Notes: generated from the letters alone by a model not told the origin. A DNA stretch of 64,000 nt from Candidatus Omnitrophota bacterium (GCA_903843285.1 CAIMPC010000063.1:4627-68626); one strand, 5' to 3'. Numbered from the stretch's first letter, positions 1 to 9,887 are shown. A program made the numbers and translations.

Positions 1-1820
1 TCCTTAAACTGCATCTCGTAAAGCCTCTTATATAAGCCGCTTTTTTCGATCAATACGTCATGAGAGCCCTTTTCGACGATCCGGCCCCCGTCCATAACAT
101 ATATAACCGTTGCGTGCTTTATAGTGCTAAGCCTATGCGCCACAACAAATACCGTTCTCCCTGCCATCATCCTGTCAATAGCCTCCTGAACCAGCATCTC
201 AGATTCGGTATCCAGCTGTGAAGTCGCTTCGTCCAGTATCAATATAGGAGGGTCTTTGAATACGGCCCTGGCTATAGCCAGCCTCTGCTTTTCACCGCCT
301 GATAGCCTGAATCCCCTTTCACCTACTATCGTGTCGTATCCCTGTGGCATTTTCATAATAAAATTGTGGGCGTTGGCTATCTTAGCGGCCTTGATAACGT
401 CTTCCATATTAATACTGCCTGATCCATAAGATATATTGGCAGAAACGGTATCATTAAATAATATTGTCTCCTGCGTCACAATGCCTATCTGCTGCATGAG
501 CGATTTTATTTTGCAATCACGCACATCTGTGCCGTCTATCAATATAGACCCGCCTGTAACATCATAAAAACGGGGTAATAAATTTAATATCGTCGTCTTG
601 CCGACACCGCTTGGGCCCACAAAGGCCGCGACGCTTCCTACCGGAACATCAAAGCTTACGCCTTTCAGAACATTCTTATCTTCGTATTTGAAGTATACGT
701 CCTTAAATTCTACGCCTTTACTAATCTTTGGCAGTTCTACGGCGCCGGGCTTGTCGGAGACTGAGGGTTTCGTATCCAAAACCTCAAATATCCTGTCCGC
801 GGCCGCCATCGCCTGCTGATTTATACTGTAAACGTTCGTAAGGCGCTTTATAGGCCTCATCAAGGAAAGCATCGCCGCCAGAAATGTCACAAAAGCGCCG
901 GCAGAGAGCGCGCCGGAGACTATCTTATTACCCGCCAGCCACATTATTACAGCTATACAAAATATTCCCGCAAACTCGGTTATAGGACTGACGACTGTCA
1001 TCCTCTTAACGGACTTCATGGCAAGCTTATAGAAGTTCTGGTTTTGATTCTCGAACTTCTTCGCCTCATAATCCTCCATCGAGAAGGCCTTAACCACCCT
1101 GACGCCTGAAATAGTTTCATGCAGAGTGGTGGTGATATCGGCTATCCTCTCCTGGGACTGCCTGGAGATGGATTTTAAGCGCTTTCCGATCTTCACGACG
1201 GGGTAGATTACAAGGAGAAATAGCAATAAACTTATGCCTATCAGCGACCATGGGATCGCAAAATAGAATTTTATGACCAGGAGCATGACCGTGTAGATGA
1301 TAAGCTGAATGGGCTGATAAAATAGATCCGTTAGTCCCGTAGAAATCGAGTCCCGGATGACAGCCGAGTCATTGGTTATACGCGACATCAGCTTACCCGT
1401 GGCGTTTTTGGAATAAAAATCCATCGAGAGCGTCAGCATCTTTTTATATATTATGTTCTTAACGTCCCTTATTACCCGCTGGGAGACATCGTTCATTAGA
1501 TACGATTGACAGAAGTCGAAGAAACTCTTAAGGAGCCACAGAATAACTACTACTACTGTCATACTGCTTAGCAATTGTGCAGGCGACATAGAGTTGGCTT
1601 TATCTATAATAAACTGTAAAAACCCGGGCACAGGAATGCTCCCCGGGATGGTTATCTTTTTACCCGATATGACGTTGTCCACGAGCGGAATTATCATACC
1701 TATAGATACGCCGCTTAATGCGGACGTAGCCACCATGCAGACCCCTGCCGATACTAGCACCCATATGTGCGGGAGCACAAATTTTATTAACCTTCGATAA
1801 TTTCCGATTTTATGGCTCAT
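1..1820 (-). CDS. ABC transporter ATP-binding/permease, MsbA-like exporter (3' end runs off the window start)
   Basis: Reverse translation from the ATG at 1820 gives MSHKIGNYRRLIKF..., a six-helix permease region, then Walker A GPSGVGKTT, ABC signature LSGGEKQRLAIARA and Walker B ILILDEAT. There is no stop before position 1, so it is missing from the ORF track. Confidence 0.85.
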   Translation of the reverse strand, partial: MSHKIGNYRRLIKFVLPHIWVLVSAGVCMVATSALSGVSIGMIIPLVDNVISGKKITIPGSIPVPGFLQFIIDKANSMSPAQLLSSMTVVVVILWLLKSFFDFCQSYLMNDVSQRVIRDVKNIIYKKMLTLSMDFYSKNATGKLMSRITNDSAVIRDSISTGLTDLFYQPIQLIIYTVMLLVIKFYFAIPWSLIGISLLLFLLVIYPVVKIGKRLKSISRQSQERIADITTTLHETISGVRVVKAFSMEDYEAKKFENQNQNFYKLAMKSVKRMTVVSPITEFAGIFCIAVIMWLAGNKIVSGALSAGAFVTFLAAMLSLMRPIKRLTNVYSINQQAMAAADRIFEVLDTKPSVSDKPGAVELPKISKGVEFKDVYFKYEDKNVLKGVSFDVPVGSVAAFVGPSGVGKTTILNLLPRFYDVTGGSILIDGTDVRDCKIKSLMQQIGIVTQETILFNDTVSANISYGSGSINMEDVIKAAKIANAHNFIMKMPQGYDTIVGERGFRLSGGEKQRLAIARAVFKDPPILILDEATSQLDTESEMLVQEAIDRMMAGRTVFVVAHRLSTIKHATVIYVMDGGRIVEKGSHDVLIEKSGLYKRLYEMQFK

Positions 1821-1868
1821 TTTTGGTGTATGTTATCACGTCGAGGGCTTATTGTCGAGGGAAATCGC

Positions 1869-1897
1869 TTGATACATGTTAATACGCATGCTATAAT
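1869..1897 (+). promoter_or_regulatory. sigma70-like promoter TTGATA-N17-TATAAT for the oxidoreductase/lpxB transcript, divergent from msbA
   Basis: TTGATA at 1869-1874 and TATAAT at 1892-1897 are separated by a 17-nt spacer. A GAAAGG Shine-Dalgarno at 1936-1941 sits 10 nt before the ATG at 1951. Confidence 0.45.
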
Positions 1898-1950
1898 CCC
1901 GTTCTATGGTCTTCTTCGCTACTGAAGTTAGACCTGAAAGGCGTGCTATA

Positions 1951-2877
1951 ATGGAAAAGATACGTGTCGGTGTCGTTGGGGTCGGGCATCTGGGCTCCAT
2001 ACATACTAAAATGTACTCCAGGTTAAATAATGTAAAGTTGGTGGGCGTCTGTGACTGCAACCTTGAACGCTCCCTGGAGATCGGAAAGCGCTTTAAGGTC
2101 GCCAGCTACTCGGATTATGAAGAATTATTCGATAAGATCGATGCCGCCAGCATAGTCGTACCTACAAGCCTGCACTACAATGTCGCAAAGGACTTTCTCC
2201 GGCACGGTATACACGTTTTAATAGAAAAGCCTATAACTAAGACGCTTACAGAGGCCGATGAACTTATAGAGATAGCGGAAAAAAATAAACTGATCCTGCA
2301 GGTCGGACATATCGAACGTTTCAACTCAGCGGTGCTTGCGCTCGAACCCTATATTAATCGGCCTAAATTCATCGAGTGCCAGAGGCTCGGCCCTTTTCAC
2401 TCCAGGGTCCAGGATGTGGGCGTAGTCTTAGATCTTATGATCCACGATATCGATATTGTGCTGGGCCTTATACAGCAAGACGTAGTCAATATCGAAGCCG
2501 TTGGGCTTTCCACAATATCTAATTACGAAGATGTGGCGAACGTCCGCCTTACATTTAAGGATGGAACCATAGCCGACATCACCGCAAGCCGGGTCACAAA
2601 AGATGTCGTCAGAAAGATGCGTATATTTCAGGAAGAGTCCTACCTCTCGCTTGACTACGTCACGCAGAGCGCAATGCTCTTCGAAAAGACGGGTGATAAG
2701 ATTATTCAGAATAAGATACCGGTCCGTAAGAAGAATCCTCTTAAGAAGGAGCTTAAATCCTTCATAGACCGGGTCCAGACCGGAAAGCGCCCGATAGTTT
2801 CCGGCATTGAAGGTAGACGAGCCCTTGCTGTCGCTCTCGAGATAATAAAAAAGATCTCCCCTGCTAAACACCAGTAG
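1951..2877 (+). CDS. Gfo/Idh/MocA-family NAD(P)-dependent oxidoreductase
   Basis: The ORF track starts at 1906, but the ATG at 1951 (MEKIRVGVVGVGHLGSIHT...) has a Shine-Dalgarno and is the likely start. It has an N-terminal Rossmann GxGxxG and an EKP motif (VLIEKP). It sits immediately upstream of lpxB. Confidence 0.8.
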   Translation: MEKIRVGVVGVGHLGSIHTKMYSRLNNVKLVGVCDCNLERSLEIGKRFKVASYSDYEELFDKIDAASIVVPTSLHYNVAKDFLRHGIHVLIEKPITKTLTEADELIEIAEKNKLILQVGHIERFNSAVLALEPYINRPKFIECQRLGPFHSRVQDVGVVLDLMIHDIDIVLGLIQQDVVNIEAVGLSTISNYEDVANVRLTFKDGTIADITASRVTKDVVRKMRIFQEESYLSLDYVTQSAMLFEKTGDKIIQNKIPVRKKNPLKKELKSFIDRVQTGKRPIVSGIEGRRALAVALEIIKKISPAKHQ

Positions 2878-2910
2878 CGCAAAATTAATTCATGAGCAAA
2901 TAAAACTTTT

Positions 2911-4047
2911 ATGTCGAAAAAAATACTCATAATCTCAGGCGAACCCTCCGGAGACCTCCACGCCTCCAATCTTGTGCGCAACCTTAAGTCTCTCGATCCC
3001 ACACTGCAATTTTACGGAGTCGGAGGAGAGCTTTCGAAGGCCGCAGGCGTAGAGATCATATTCGACATAACGAAACTCGCGCTTATAGGCCTGGTTGAGG
3101 TCCTAAAAAATATTTTTGTCGTAAAGGATGCTCGCGATGCCATAATCTCGCGAATAGGCCGGGAGCGGCCGGATATGGCGATTCTCGTCGACTACCCCGG
3201 ATTTAATCTAAGAATGGCGCAAAGCCTATCCGGGAAGGGTATCCCGGTAATCTACTATATAAGCCCACAGGTCTGGGCTTGGGGCCGGGATAGGGTCAAG
3301 ATAATTAAGAAGTGCGTAAAGAAGATGGTGGTCTTCTTTAGGTTCGAGAAAGAATTTTATAAGGCCTTCGGGATAGACGCTGAATTCGTGGGGCATCCTC
3401 TCGTGGACGTGGTAAAGGTCACCTCGTCTAAAGAAGAGACATTTAAAAAATATTCACTTTCAAAGGATAAGAAGACGATTGCCATATTGCCCGGGTCGAG
3501 GGAATCTGAGATAATCACTCTTCTGCCGGAAATAGCTAAGGCGTCCGCTATCGTAAGCGAGAAGATCGGGGGCGTACAATTTATTATATCGAAGCGTCCT
3601 GATCGCCCGATATCGATGTACGATGCGGGGCTTAAAGGCGCTTCTTTCGATTACAAACTTATTGAGGGAGATACCCATAACATAGTAGCCGCCTCGGATT
3701 TCGCTGTAGTCGCCTCAGGGACGGCCACTCTCGAGACCGGAATGCTCGGAACGCCTCTCATAGTAGTATATAAGACGGCGTTTCTGACCAGTGTAATCTA
3801 CCATATGGTTAAGGATATACATTTTTTAGGACTGGTAAATGTGGTGGCCGGAAAAGAGGTGGCTCCGGAATTATTGCAGTACGAGATGACGGCGAAGAAC
3901 ATATCCGATAAGATCATCGAAGCGCTATCAGATCCCTCAAAGCTCGCCCACACACGCAAAGAGCTCGCCGGCATACTCCCATCTCTGGGCCCCGGCGGAG
4001 CCAGCATGCGCGCCGCCCAGGCAATTCTGCCATTACTTAAATCATAG
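2911..4047 (+). CDS. lpxB: lipid-A-disaccharide synthase
   Basis: 378 aa with an LpxB-type N-terminus, MSKKILIISGEPSGDLHASNLVRNLK. Confidence 0.85.
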   Translation: MSKKILIISGEPSGDLHASNLVRNLKSLDPTLQFYGVGGELSKAAGVEIIFDITKLALIGLVEVLKNIFVVKDARDAIISRIGRERPDMAILVDYPGFNLRMAQSLSGKGIPVIYYISPQVWAWGRDRVKIIKKCVKKMVVFFRFEKEFYKAFGIDAEFVGHPLVDVVKVTSSKEETFKKYSLSKDKKTIAILPGSRESEIITLLPEIAKASAIVSEKIGGVQFIISKRPDRPISMYDAGLKGASFDYKLIEGDTHNIVAASDFAVVASGTATLETGMLGTPLIVVYKTAFLTSVIYHMVKDIHFLGLVNVVAGKEVAPELLQYEMTAKNISDKIIEALSDPSKLAHTRKELAGILPSLGPGGASMRAAQAILPLLKS

Positions 4048-4050
4048 CCT

Positions 4051-4069
4051 TGCACCAGGTGCATTTTCC
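4051..4069 (+). terminator. weak hairpin plus T-run after lpxB, in the convergent gap with bioA
   Basis: TGCACC-A-GGTGCA followed by TTTTCC, directly after the lpxB TAG at 4045-4047. The stem is short and the loop tiny, so support is weak. Confidence 0.2.
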
Positions 4070-4124
4070 AGAGCAGACAATTTAATCCACTCGCAGTAAA
4101 TTGTACCCGGTACAAAATCGCTTA

Positions 4125-5465
4125 CTAAATCGTAATCTTCCCGATCACTTCGCGCGTCGCATCCAATACATATTCCAGCTCGCGCTTTTTAATTGAGAGC
4201 GGTGGAAATAGGTATATGATGTCACCGAGCGGCCGCAATATTATTGACTTTTTCAAGCCCGCCTTATATATCTCCAGGCCAAGTCTGAGTTTAGGATCAA
4301 ATCTCTCCTTAGTCTTCTTATTCTTTACGAGCTCTATAGCGCATATCATGCCTATGTGGCGCACATCGCCTACTATCGGCAACTGTCGAATGCCCTCCAG
4401 ATAAGTGCAAAGCATTGGTATAAGGCCCTTCACATGGCCGAGCGTATCCTCTTCCCGAAATACCTCAAGGCTTGCCAGCGCGGCAGCGCACGAAATGGGA
4501 TTAGCTGTGAATGTATGTCCATGATAGAAGGTCCTGGCCTTATCGTAGTCAGCGTAGAACGCGTCATATATTTTATCGGTAGTTAATGTCACTCCGAGCG
4601 GCAGATAGCCTGAAGTTATCCCTTTAGAAAGACACATAAAGTCAGGGGCGATATTTACATGATCACATGCGAACATCTTCCCCGTCCTGCCAAAGCCCGT
4701 AGCGACCTCATCGATTATAAGGTGGACGTTATATTTTTTTGCAAGCATAGCGATTTTGGACAGGTACTCCTTGGGATAAATTATCATCCCTCCGGCGGCC
4801 ATAACTAAAGGCTCTGCTATAATAGCCGAGATTTGCGATGAATTTTTCTTCAATATAACTTCGAGCGCTTTTACGCATTCAAAGGCGCATAGATCTTTAC
4901 TCTTGCCCATCGGACAGCGGTAACAATATGGCGCGGGGGCTTTGAATGATTTGAATAGCAGGCTGTCGAATATGCTATTGAACATACCCACGCCGCTCAC
5001 CGACATTGCGCCTATAGTATCTCCGTGATAACCACGGTCCAGCGATACAAATCTCTTTTTGTGTTTCTTGCCGATATTATTCCAATATTGGAACGATAAT
5101 TTTAGCGCAGTCTCTACCGCCGTTGAGCCGTTATCTGAGAAGAAGACCTTCTTTAATCCACGCGGCGAAATTTTTACCAGGCGTTCCGCCAGAAGTATCG
5201 CTTTTTCATGAGTAAAACCGGCAAATAGGACATGCTCTAATTTATCGAGCTGTCCCTTTATGGCATTCTTTATCCGTGGATGATTGTGGCCGTGGACATT
5301 GCACCACCAGCTGGAGATAGTATCATAGTAGAAATTTCCCTTATCATCGTAAAGCTTAATGCCTTTCGCCTTCTCGATTAAGATGGGAGGCATCTTCCGA
5401 CAATCCTTCATCTGGGTGTAAGGATGCCAGATATTCTTAAGGTCTCTTCTTATCCAGTCGGTCAT
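4125..5465 (-). CDS. bioA: adenosylmethionine-8-amino-7-oxononanoate aminotransferase (class III PLP aminotransferase)
   Basis: 446 aa. The N-terminus IWHPYTQM...SSWWCNVHGHNHPRI...FFSDNGSTAVETALK matches BioA, and it is the last gene of the bio array. Confidence 0.85.
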   Translation of the reverse strand: MTDWIRRDLKNIWHPYTQMKDCRKMPPILIEKAKGIKLYDDKGNFYYDTISSWWCNVHGHNHPRIKNAIKGQLDKLEHVLFAGFTHEKAILLAERLVKISPRGLKKVFFSDNGSTAVETALKLSFQYWNNIGKKHKKRFVSLDRGYHGDTIGAMSVSGVGMFNSIFDSLLFKSFKAPAPYCYRCPMGKSKDLCAFECVKALEVILKKNSSQISAIIAEPLVMAAGGMIIYPKEYLSKIAMLAKKYNVHLIIDEVATGFGRTGKMFACDHVNIAPDFMCLSKGITSGYLPLGVTLTTDKIYDAFYADYDKARTFYHGHTFTANPISCAAALASLEVFREEDTLGHVKGLIPMLCTYLEGIRQLPIVGDVRHIGMICAIELVKNKKTKERFDPKLRLGLEIYKAGLKKSIILRPLGDIIYLFPPLSIKKRELEYVLDATREVIGKITI

Positions 5466-5517
5466 CTTTTCTTCCCAAGCCTTTTATATAGTAACAACCC
5501 AGTGCTATAAGGGTTTC

Positions 5518-5656
5518 GACGAGGCTTGTCATTGCGAGGCGCGCCGGAGTTTTAGTGGCGGGCGAAGCAATCCCCTTGCCTGGAGGCTTCACACTCCAAA
5601 AGCAAGATTGCTTCGTCGCCCGACGTTAAAACAATAGCTTCTCGCAACGACGAGTC
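5518..5656. repeat. nested imperfect inverted-repeat element (~140 bp) between bioD and bioA
   Basis: The inner arms 5549-5572 (GTTTTAGTGGCGGGCGAAGCAATC) and 5606-5632 are near-reverse-complementary. The outer arms 5518-5538 and 5641-5656 also pair. The element is GC-rich, lies in a 233-bp non-coding gap inside the bio operon, and has no ORF. Confidence 0.5.
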
Positions 5657-5698
5657 TGTTATAGAGCTGAACTGTTACTTTATATTAGCCCTTACAAA

Positions 5699-6403
5699 TT
5701 AATGGGTCCTGTCTTCGGTCGCCTTCTCTACATTTCTGCCTATCGAGCGAAATTGTTGATACAAAATTTCCTTATTTCGCGACGACGAAATAGTCCCCAG
5801 CATAGCCATACCAGCTATGCTCCCAACTATCCTTGGGTTGTCTTTAAGAATCATTTCGTCCTGCTCACTGCAATTATTATTAAAGATAACGCCGGCTATT
5901 TTCATGCCTCGCGCCTTAAGGGCTTCTATACTTAATAACGTGCTGTTAATTGCCCCCAGCCTATTGCCGGCTACGAGCAGTACGGGCAGGCGCATTCGTC
6001 TCACCACGTCTATGATGAGCTTTCCGCCTCCAATAGGAACCAATAGCCCTCCACTTCCTTCGATAATTATGAAGTCGAAGTCTTTCGACAGTGTGGTCAA
6101 AGATTTCTTTATCTTCGCTTCGCTTATACGTCTTTTCTCGAGCCGCGCAGCCAAGTGTGGAGATGAAGCATGCTTAAATTCATATGGCATCATCAATGGC
6201 AAATATTTAGAGTAATCGGCCCTATCTCTTCCCATAAAATTAAGATGGGTATCGATATCGTTTTTCATTTCCACGGAGCCGGTCTGTATCCACTTCTGAG
6301 TCACGACCCGATAGCCTTTCTCAAGCAGATACCGCCCCAAAAGTCCGGTTATCACCGTCTTACCTACGCCTGTACCTGTGCCCGCTACAAATACAGCTTT
6401 CAC
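5699..6403 (-). CDS. bioD: dethiobiotin synthetase
   Basis: 234 aa with the P-loop AGTGTGVGKT near the N-terminus. Confidence 0.85.
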   Translation of the reverse strand: MKAVFVAGTGTGVGKTVITGLLGRYLLEKGYRVVTQKWIQTGSVEMKNDIDTHLNFMGRDRADYSKYLPLMMPYEFKHASSPHLAARLEKRRISEAKIKKSLTTLSKDFDFIIIEGSGGLLVPIGGGKLIIDVVRRMRLPVLLVAGNRLGAINSTLLSIEALKARGMKIAGVIFNNNCSEQDEMILKDNPRIVGSIAGMAMLGTISSSRNKEILYQQFRSIGRNVEKATEDRTH

Positions 6404-7164
6404 CCTCGGGCTCCGCAGTAGAATATCTGGTAGGTTGCCCTGATGCTGTCATATTTTGTTAAATAGGCCTCTTCTATCTTACCGAATAGGCCGCGCTTAC
6501 CCGCTGCCAAATTTTCCACTCCTTCTCCCCTTGTGCCGGTATACTTTATATTATCCAGAAGCTGTTTCAGCGAGCCATACTCTTCGGTAATGAATCTCTC
6601 TTCGGTAAAAAATTCCCGAAAACAACTCTTCATGATCTTCGATAAATTTTCTTCGCCCAAAAAGTTCTCTGCACTTATAGATGCGCTGCCGCCAAGCACT
6701 TCTTTCAGTGACTGACCAAGCTCACAAAACGTTAAAGGTCCGAAGACGGAAAATACCATACTGCCACCCGATGTCAGGGCCTGCCTATATTTCCGGACGG
6801 ATGCCTCCAGGTCACTCAGCCATTGAAATGTCGCGTTGGATGTAATGAGATCGAACCCGTCCGAGAAGCTTATTTTTTCCGCGTCGGCCACGATAAATTC
6901 GATCCCGTTATTTCCGCATTTACTCCGGGCGGCATCCACCATGTCATGTGATATATCGAGCGCTGTTATGTTAGCGCCCTTATACTTTTTGCGAAGAAGG
7001 AGAGTGTAATTGCCGGTGCCGCAGCCGATATCCAGAATTTGGCTATATTCTTTCCCGCCCAGCTTATCTATAAGCTCCCTTGCCGCCAAGGATTGAACAT
7101 GCGCATATTTATCATATAGGTGTGAATGCCTCGAAAAGTTCCTCGTGATCACAGATAATGTCAT
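6400..7164 (-). CDS. bioC: malonyl-ACP O-methyltransferase (SAM-dependent)
   Basis: 254 aa with SAM motif ILDIGCGTGNYT, in the bio operon, overlapping bioD by 4 nt. Confidence 0.7.
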   Translation of the reverse strand: MTLSVITRNFSRHSHLYDKYAHVQSLAARELIDKLGGKEYSQILDIGCGTGNYTLLLRKKYKGANITALDISHDMVDAARSKCGNNGIEFIVADAEKISFSDGFDLITSNATFQWLSDLEASVRKYRQALTSGGSMVFSVFGPLTFCELGQSLKEVLGGSASISAENFLGEENLSKIMKSCFREFFTEERFITEEYGSLKQLLDNIKYTGTRGEGVENLAAGKRGLFGKIEEAYLTKYDSIRATYQIFYCGARG

Positions 7165-7847
7165 ACGAGCACCTCTTTAAAGGCGGGCGAAAGGAACGGC
7201 ATGTGGCCGGCGTCATCGATCGTAATAAGTTCGGCCTCCGGGATTTGACTCACCAGCTCTTTGACTTCCCCAATCGGCGCGATTAAATCTTTCGCACCGT
7301 GGATAAACTTAACCTTTAAGCCATTCAATGGCCGTGGCTCTATACTGTGTTCCGATAGATAATCCAACCCCTCGATAAGCCGCTCCAAATCCATGCACTC
7401 AAGGTAAATCTTCATAAGATCCTCTTTAAAAAGGCTGAAAGATTCCTTATCTTCCTCGGAAAAACAGTTACCATAAAATTTACGGAGAAACCCGCGTCTA
7501 TTCTTCTCCAGAAGCAATTTTATATTATCGTTATTTGTTTTTGAGTAACTCCGTCTTGCGCTGACGAGAAATCCATCATCTATCAGACCCCGATGTTTTG
7601 ATAGAAACTCCCAGATTATGAAGGCGCCCATAGACCAGCCAAGCGCCGATACCTTCTTCAGGCCATTATCATTTAAAACATCGGGAAGATCATCCGCCAG
7701 TTTGAAAGAAGAAAAATCGACAGGAAGGAGATAGTTGTATCCTATGTTTAGCCTATCGAATATTCTGTAATCACAAGCCCATCCGGACACCAAAAGCATT
7801 GTCTTTCGAAAACCTCTGTCCACAAACCTAAATTTTGACATGGGCAA
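7161..7847 (-). CDS. alpha/beta-hydrolase, candidate pimeloyl-ACP methyl ester esterase (BioH/BioG-like)
   Basis: 228 aa with nucleophile elbow GWSMG and a C-terminal DAGH. It sits between bioF and bioC. Confidence 0.55.
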   Translation of the reverse strand: MPMSKFRFVDRGFRKTMLLVSGWACDYRIFDRLNIGYNYLLPVDFSSFKLADDLPDVLNDNGLKKVSALGWSMGAFIIWEFLSKHRGLIDDGFLVSARRSYSKTNNDNIKLLLEKNRRGFLRKFYGNCFSEEDKESFSLFKEDLMKIYLECMDLERLIEGLDYLSEHSIEPRPLNGLKVKFIHGAKDLIAPIGEVKELVSQIPEAELITIDDAGHMPFLSPAFKEVLV

Positions 7848-8979
7848 TATCTTTCAGCAGTGCACAGAGGATCTCTTCGGTATGATAAGAAGTTATTGAG
7901 AATCTAAGGCGCGCCTCTTTCTGCGGAACCGTAGGCGGCCGTATCGGCAATACCCAATAGCCTTTCTCCTGAACGGCTTTTGCAAATCTCATAGCCCTAT
8001 CATTCTCTCCTGCTATAACAGGCACTATCTGAGACGATCCCCTAACCTCAAAACCCATCGCTACTAATCTATCGCGGAAAAATTTGGCCTTACTAATCAG
8101 CGATCTCCTTCTATGCGGCTCCTCCTTAACGACCTCCAGGCTCGCTAAATTTCCCGCGATTACCGCCGGCGGCAAGCTCGTCGAATATATGAAGCTTCTG
8201 CACGTATTAATCAGGTAGTCGATCACATCTTTAGATGAGGCTAAATACGCGCCAAAACTACCGAGGGCTTTACTGAAAGTTCCCATTATCAGATCCACTC
8301 TGTCGGACAACCCTTCCTCCTCTACGACACCGGCCCCATTAATCCCAAATATTCCCGTGGCATGCGCCTCGTCCACCATTATCCGGCAATCATATTTCTC
8401 TTTTAACTCGACAAGCCTCTCTATGGGCGCCCTGTCCCCGTCCATACTGAATATTGTCTCTGTTATTATAAGCGCTCTCTTAAATCTATTTCGATGGCGC
8501 TTAAGAAGCGTCTCGAGACTGTCGGGGTCATTATGAAGAAATCGAAATACTTTAGCGGCGCTTAGAAACATACCGTCTATTATGCTTGCATGATTGAGCT
8601 TGTCGGAGAATATCGCATCACCTTCACCGTATAGAGCGCTCAGTATCCCTATATTTGCCTGATATCCGGAATTGAATACGAGCGCCGCCTCCTTATTCTT
8701 AAATCGGGCCACCTCTTCTTCGAGGCGGTGGTGAATATCAAAGCTGCCGCTTAAAAGGCGGGATGCCGAGGAGCCTATGCCGAACTCATCTATTGCAGCC
8801 TTAGCGGCATTTATTAATTTGGGATGTCCGGAGAGTCCGAGATAGTCGTTCGATGAAAAATCTATATACTCACTGCCGCCCATGGTAATCTTGCCGTTTC
8901 CCCTGGAAGTTATGGGCCTAAGGCCCCTGAGAAGTCCTTCCGCGGATCTCTTATCCAGAAAGGCTCTTATTTCATCCAC
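7828..8979 (-). CDS. bioF: 8-amino-7-oxononanoate synthase
   Basis: 383 aa class II aminotransferase fold with a PLP lysine region GTFSKALGSFG. Confidence 0.85.
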   Translation of the reverse strand: MDEIRAFLDKRSAEGLLRGLRPITSRGNGKITMGGSEYIDFSSNDYLGLSGHPKLINAAKAAIDEFGIGSSASRLLSGSFDIHHRLEEEVARFKNKEAALVFNSGYQANIGILSALYGEGDAIFSDKLNHASIIDGMFLSAAKVFRFLHNDPDSLETLLKRHRNRFKRALIITETIFSMDGDRAPIERLVELKEKYDCRIMVDEAHATGIFGINGAGVVEEEGLSDRVDLIMGTFSKALGSFGAYLASSKDVIDYLINTCRSFIYSTSLPPAVIAGNLASLEVVKEEPHRRRSLISKAKFFRDRLVAMGFEVRGSSQIVPVIAGENDRAMRFAKAVQEKGYWVLPIRPPTVPQKEARLRFSITSYHTEEILCALLKDIAHVKI

Positions 8980-9887
8980 GCTCTTTTTATCTCCTCGACA
9001 AAGATCCGGTCATCCTCCGGGGGTCTGCCCGCTGTGGTCAGGTATCCGCCGATGAGCATGCCATTGGCGCCCGCCATAAAGGCCATGGCCTGGAAATCCT
9101 TCAATATTGTTTCTCTGCCGGCGGCGACCTTCACCACCTTATCCTTCATAATTATCCTGAATAATGCTATCGTTCTTATGACATCTGATGAAGAGATCGC
9201 CTTCATACCCTGAAGAGCCGTACCTTTTACAGGTACGAGCACATTAATAGGCACAGAGTCCACATCCAACTCTTTCAGGGTTAGGGCCATGTCGATCCTG
9301 TCGTCCCACGTCTCTCCTATACCTATTATTCCTCCGCTACAGACCTGGAGCCCTGCGTTCTTTGCAGCTTTTATCGTATTTACCCTGTCCCGGAAAGAAT
9401 GTGTCGTGACTATCTTCTTAAAATGATTTGTGGAGGTCTCGATATTATGATGATATCTGGATAACCCGGAGCGCTTTAATAATGTGAGGTCCTGCTCATC
9501 GAGCTCTCCTAAAGAAGCACACACGTAGATGCCAATATCATCTTTAATCTTCTGTACGGCTTCCGCTATCGTCCTAAGGTCTTCTCTGGTAAGGGCGTTG
9601 CCGCTCGTCACGATCCCGAATTTGCACGCACCCATTGCCTTAGCGCTCCTGGCTGCATCAACCATCTCGCGTTTACTCTTAAGCGGATATATGGACACCC
9701 CTGTATCGTGGCATGAAGCTTGAGCGCAGAACTTGCAATCTTCTCGGCATAGGCCGGATTTCGCATTCATTATGTTACACAGATCGAACGTATCGCCCAT
9801 CGATTCTCTTCTTACGCGATCGGCTTTAGAAATAAGCTCTGTTAGCGGTAATTCCAATAACGCTTTAGCGCTGAGTCTATCCATCAT
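8967..9887 (-). CDS. bioB: biotin synthase (radical SAM)
   Basis: 306 aa with CREDCKFCAQ (CxxxCxxC). A GGAGGA Shine-Dalgarno precedes the ATG at 9887. Confidence 0.9.
   Translation of the reverse strand: MMDRLSAKALLELPLTELISKADRVRRESMGDTFDLCNIMNAKSGLCREDCKFCAQASCHDTGVSIYPLKSKREMVDAARSAKAMGACKFGIVTSGNALTREDLRTIAEAVQKIKDDIGIYVCASLGELDEQDLTLLKRSGLSRYHHNIETSTNHFKKIVTTHSFRDRVNTIKAAKNAGLQVCSGGIIGIGETWDDRIDMALTLKELDVDSVPINVLVPVKGTALQGMKAISSSDVIRTIALFRIIMKDKVVKVAAGRETILKDFQAMAFMAGANGMLIGGYLTTAGRPPEDDRIFVEEIKRAWMK

Noticed and set aside
1906-1950. ORF-track start at 1906 for the Gfo/Idh/MocA oxidoreductase, giving the prefix MVFFATEVRPERRAI.
   Set aside because: That ATG lies immediately after the predicted -10 element, leaving no leader or Shine-Dalgarno. 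The ATG at 1951 has a GAAAGG Shine-Dalgarno and gives the Rossmann motif at the N-terminus, so 1951 is preferred.
4125-5465. The class III aminotransferase next to the oxidoreductase/lpxB as a candidate GnnB (lipid A GlcN3N aminotransferase).
   Set aside because: Its sequence is a close match to BioA (IWHPYT...SSWWCNVHGHNHP), and it completes the bio operon. GnnB belongs to the DegT/ArnB family, so the gene was called bioA.
5539-5546. GGCGCGCC 8-bp palindrome inside the bioD-bioA element.
   Set aside because: It is a trivial short GC palindrome of the restriction-site type. It was treated as part of the larger inverted-repeat element, not as an independent feature.
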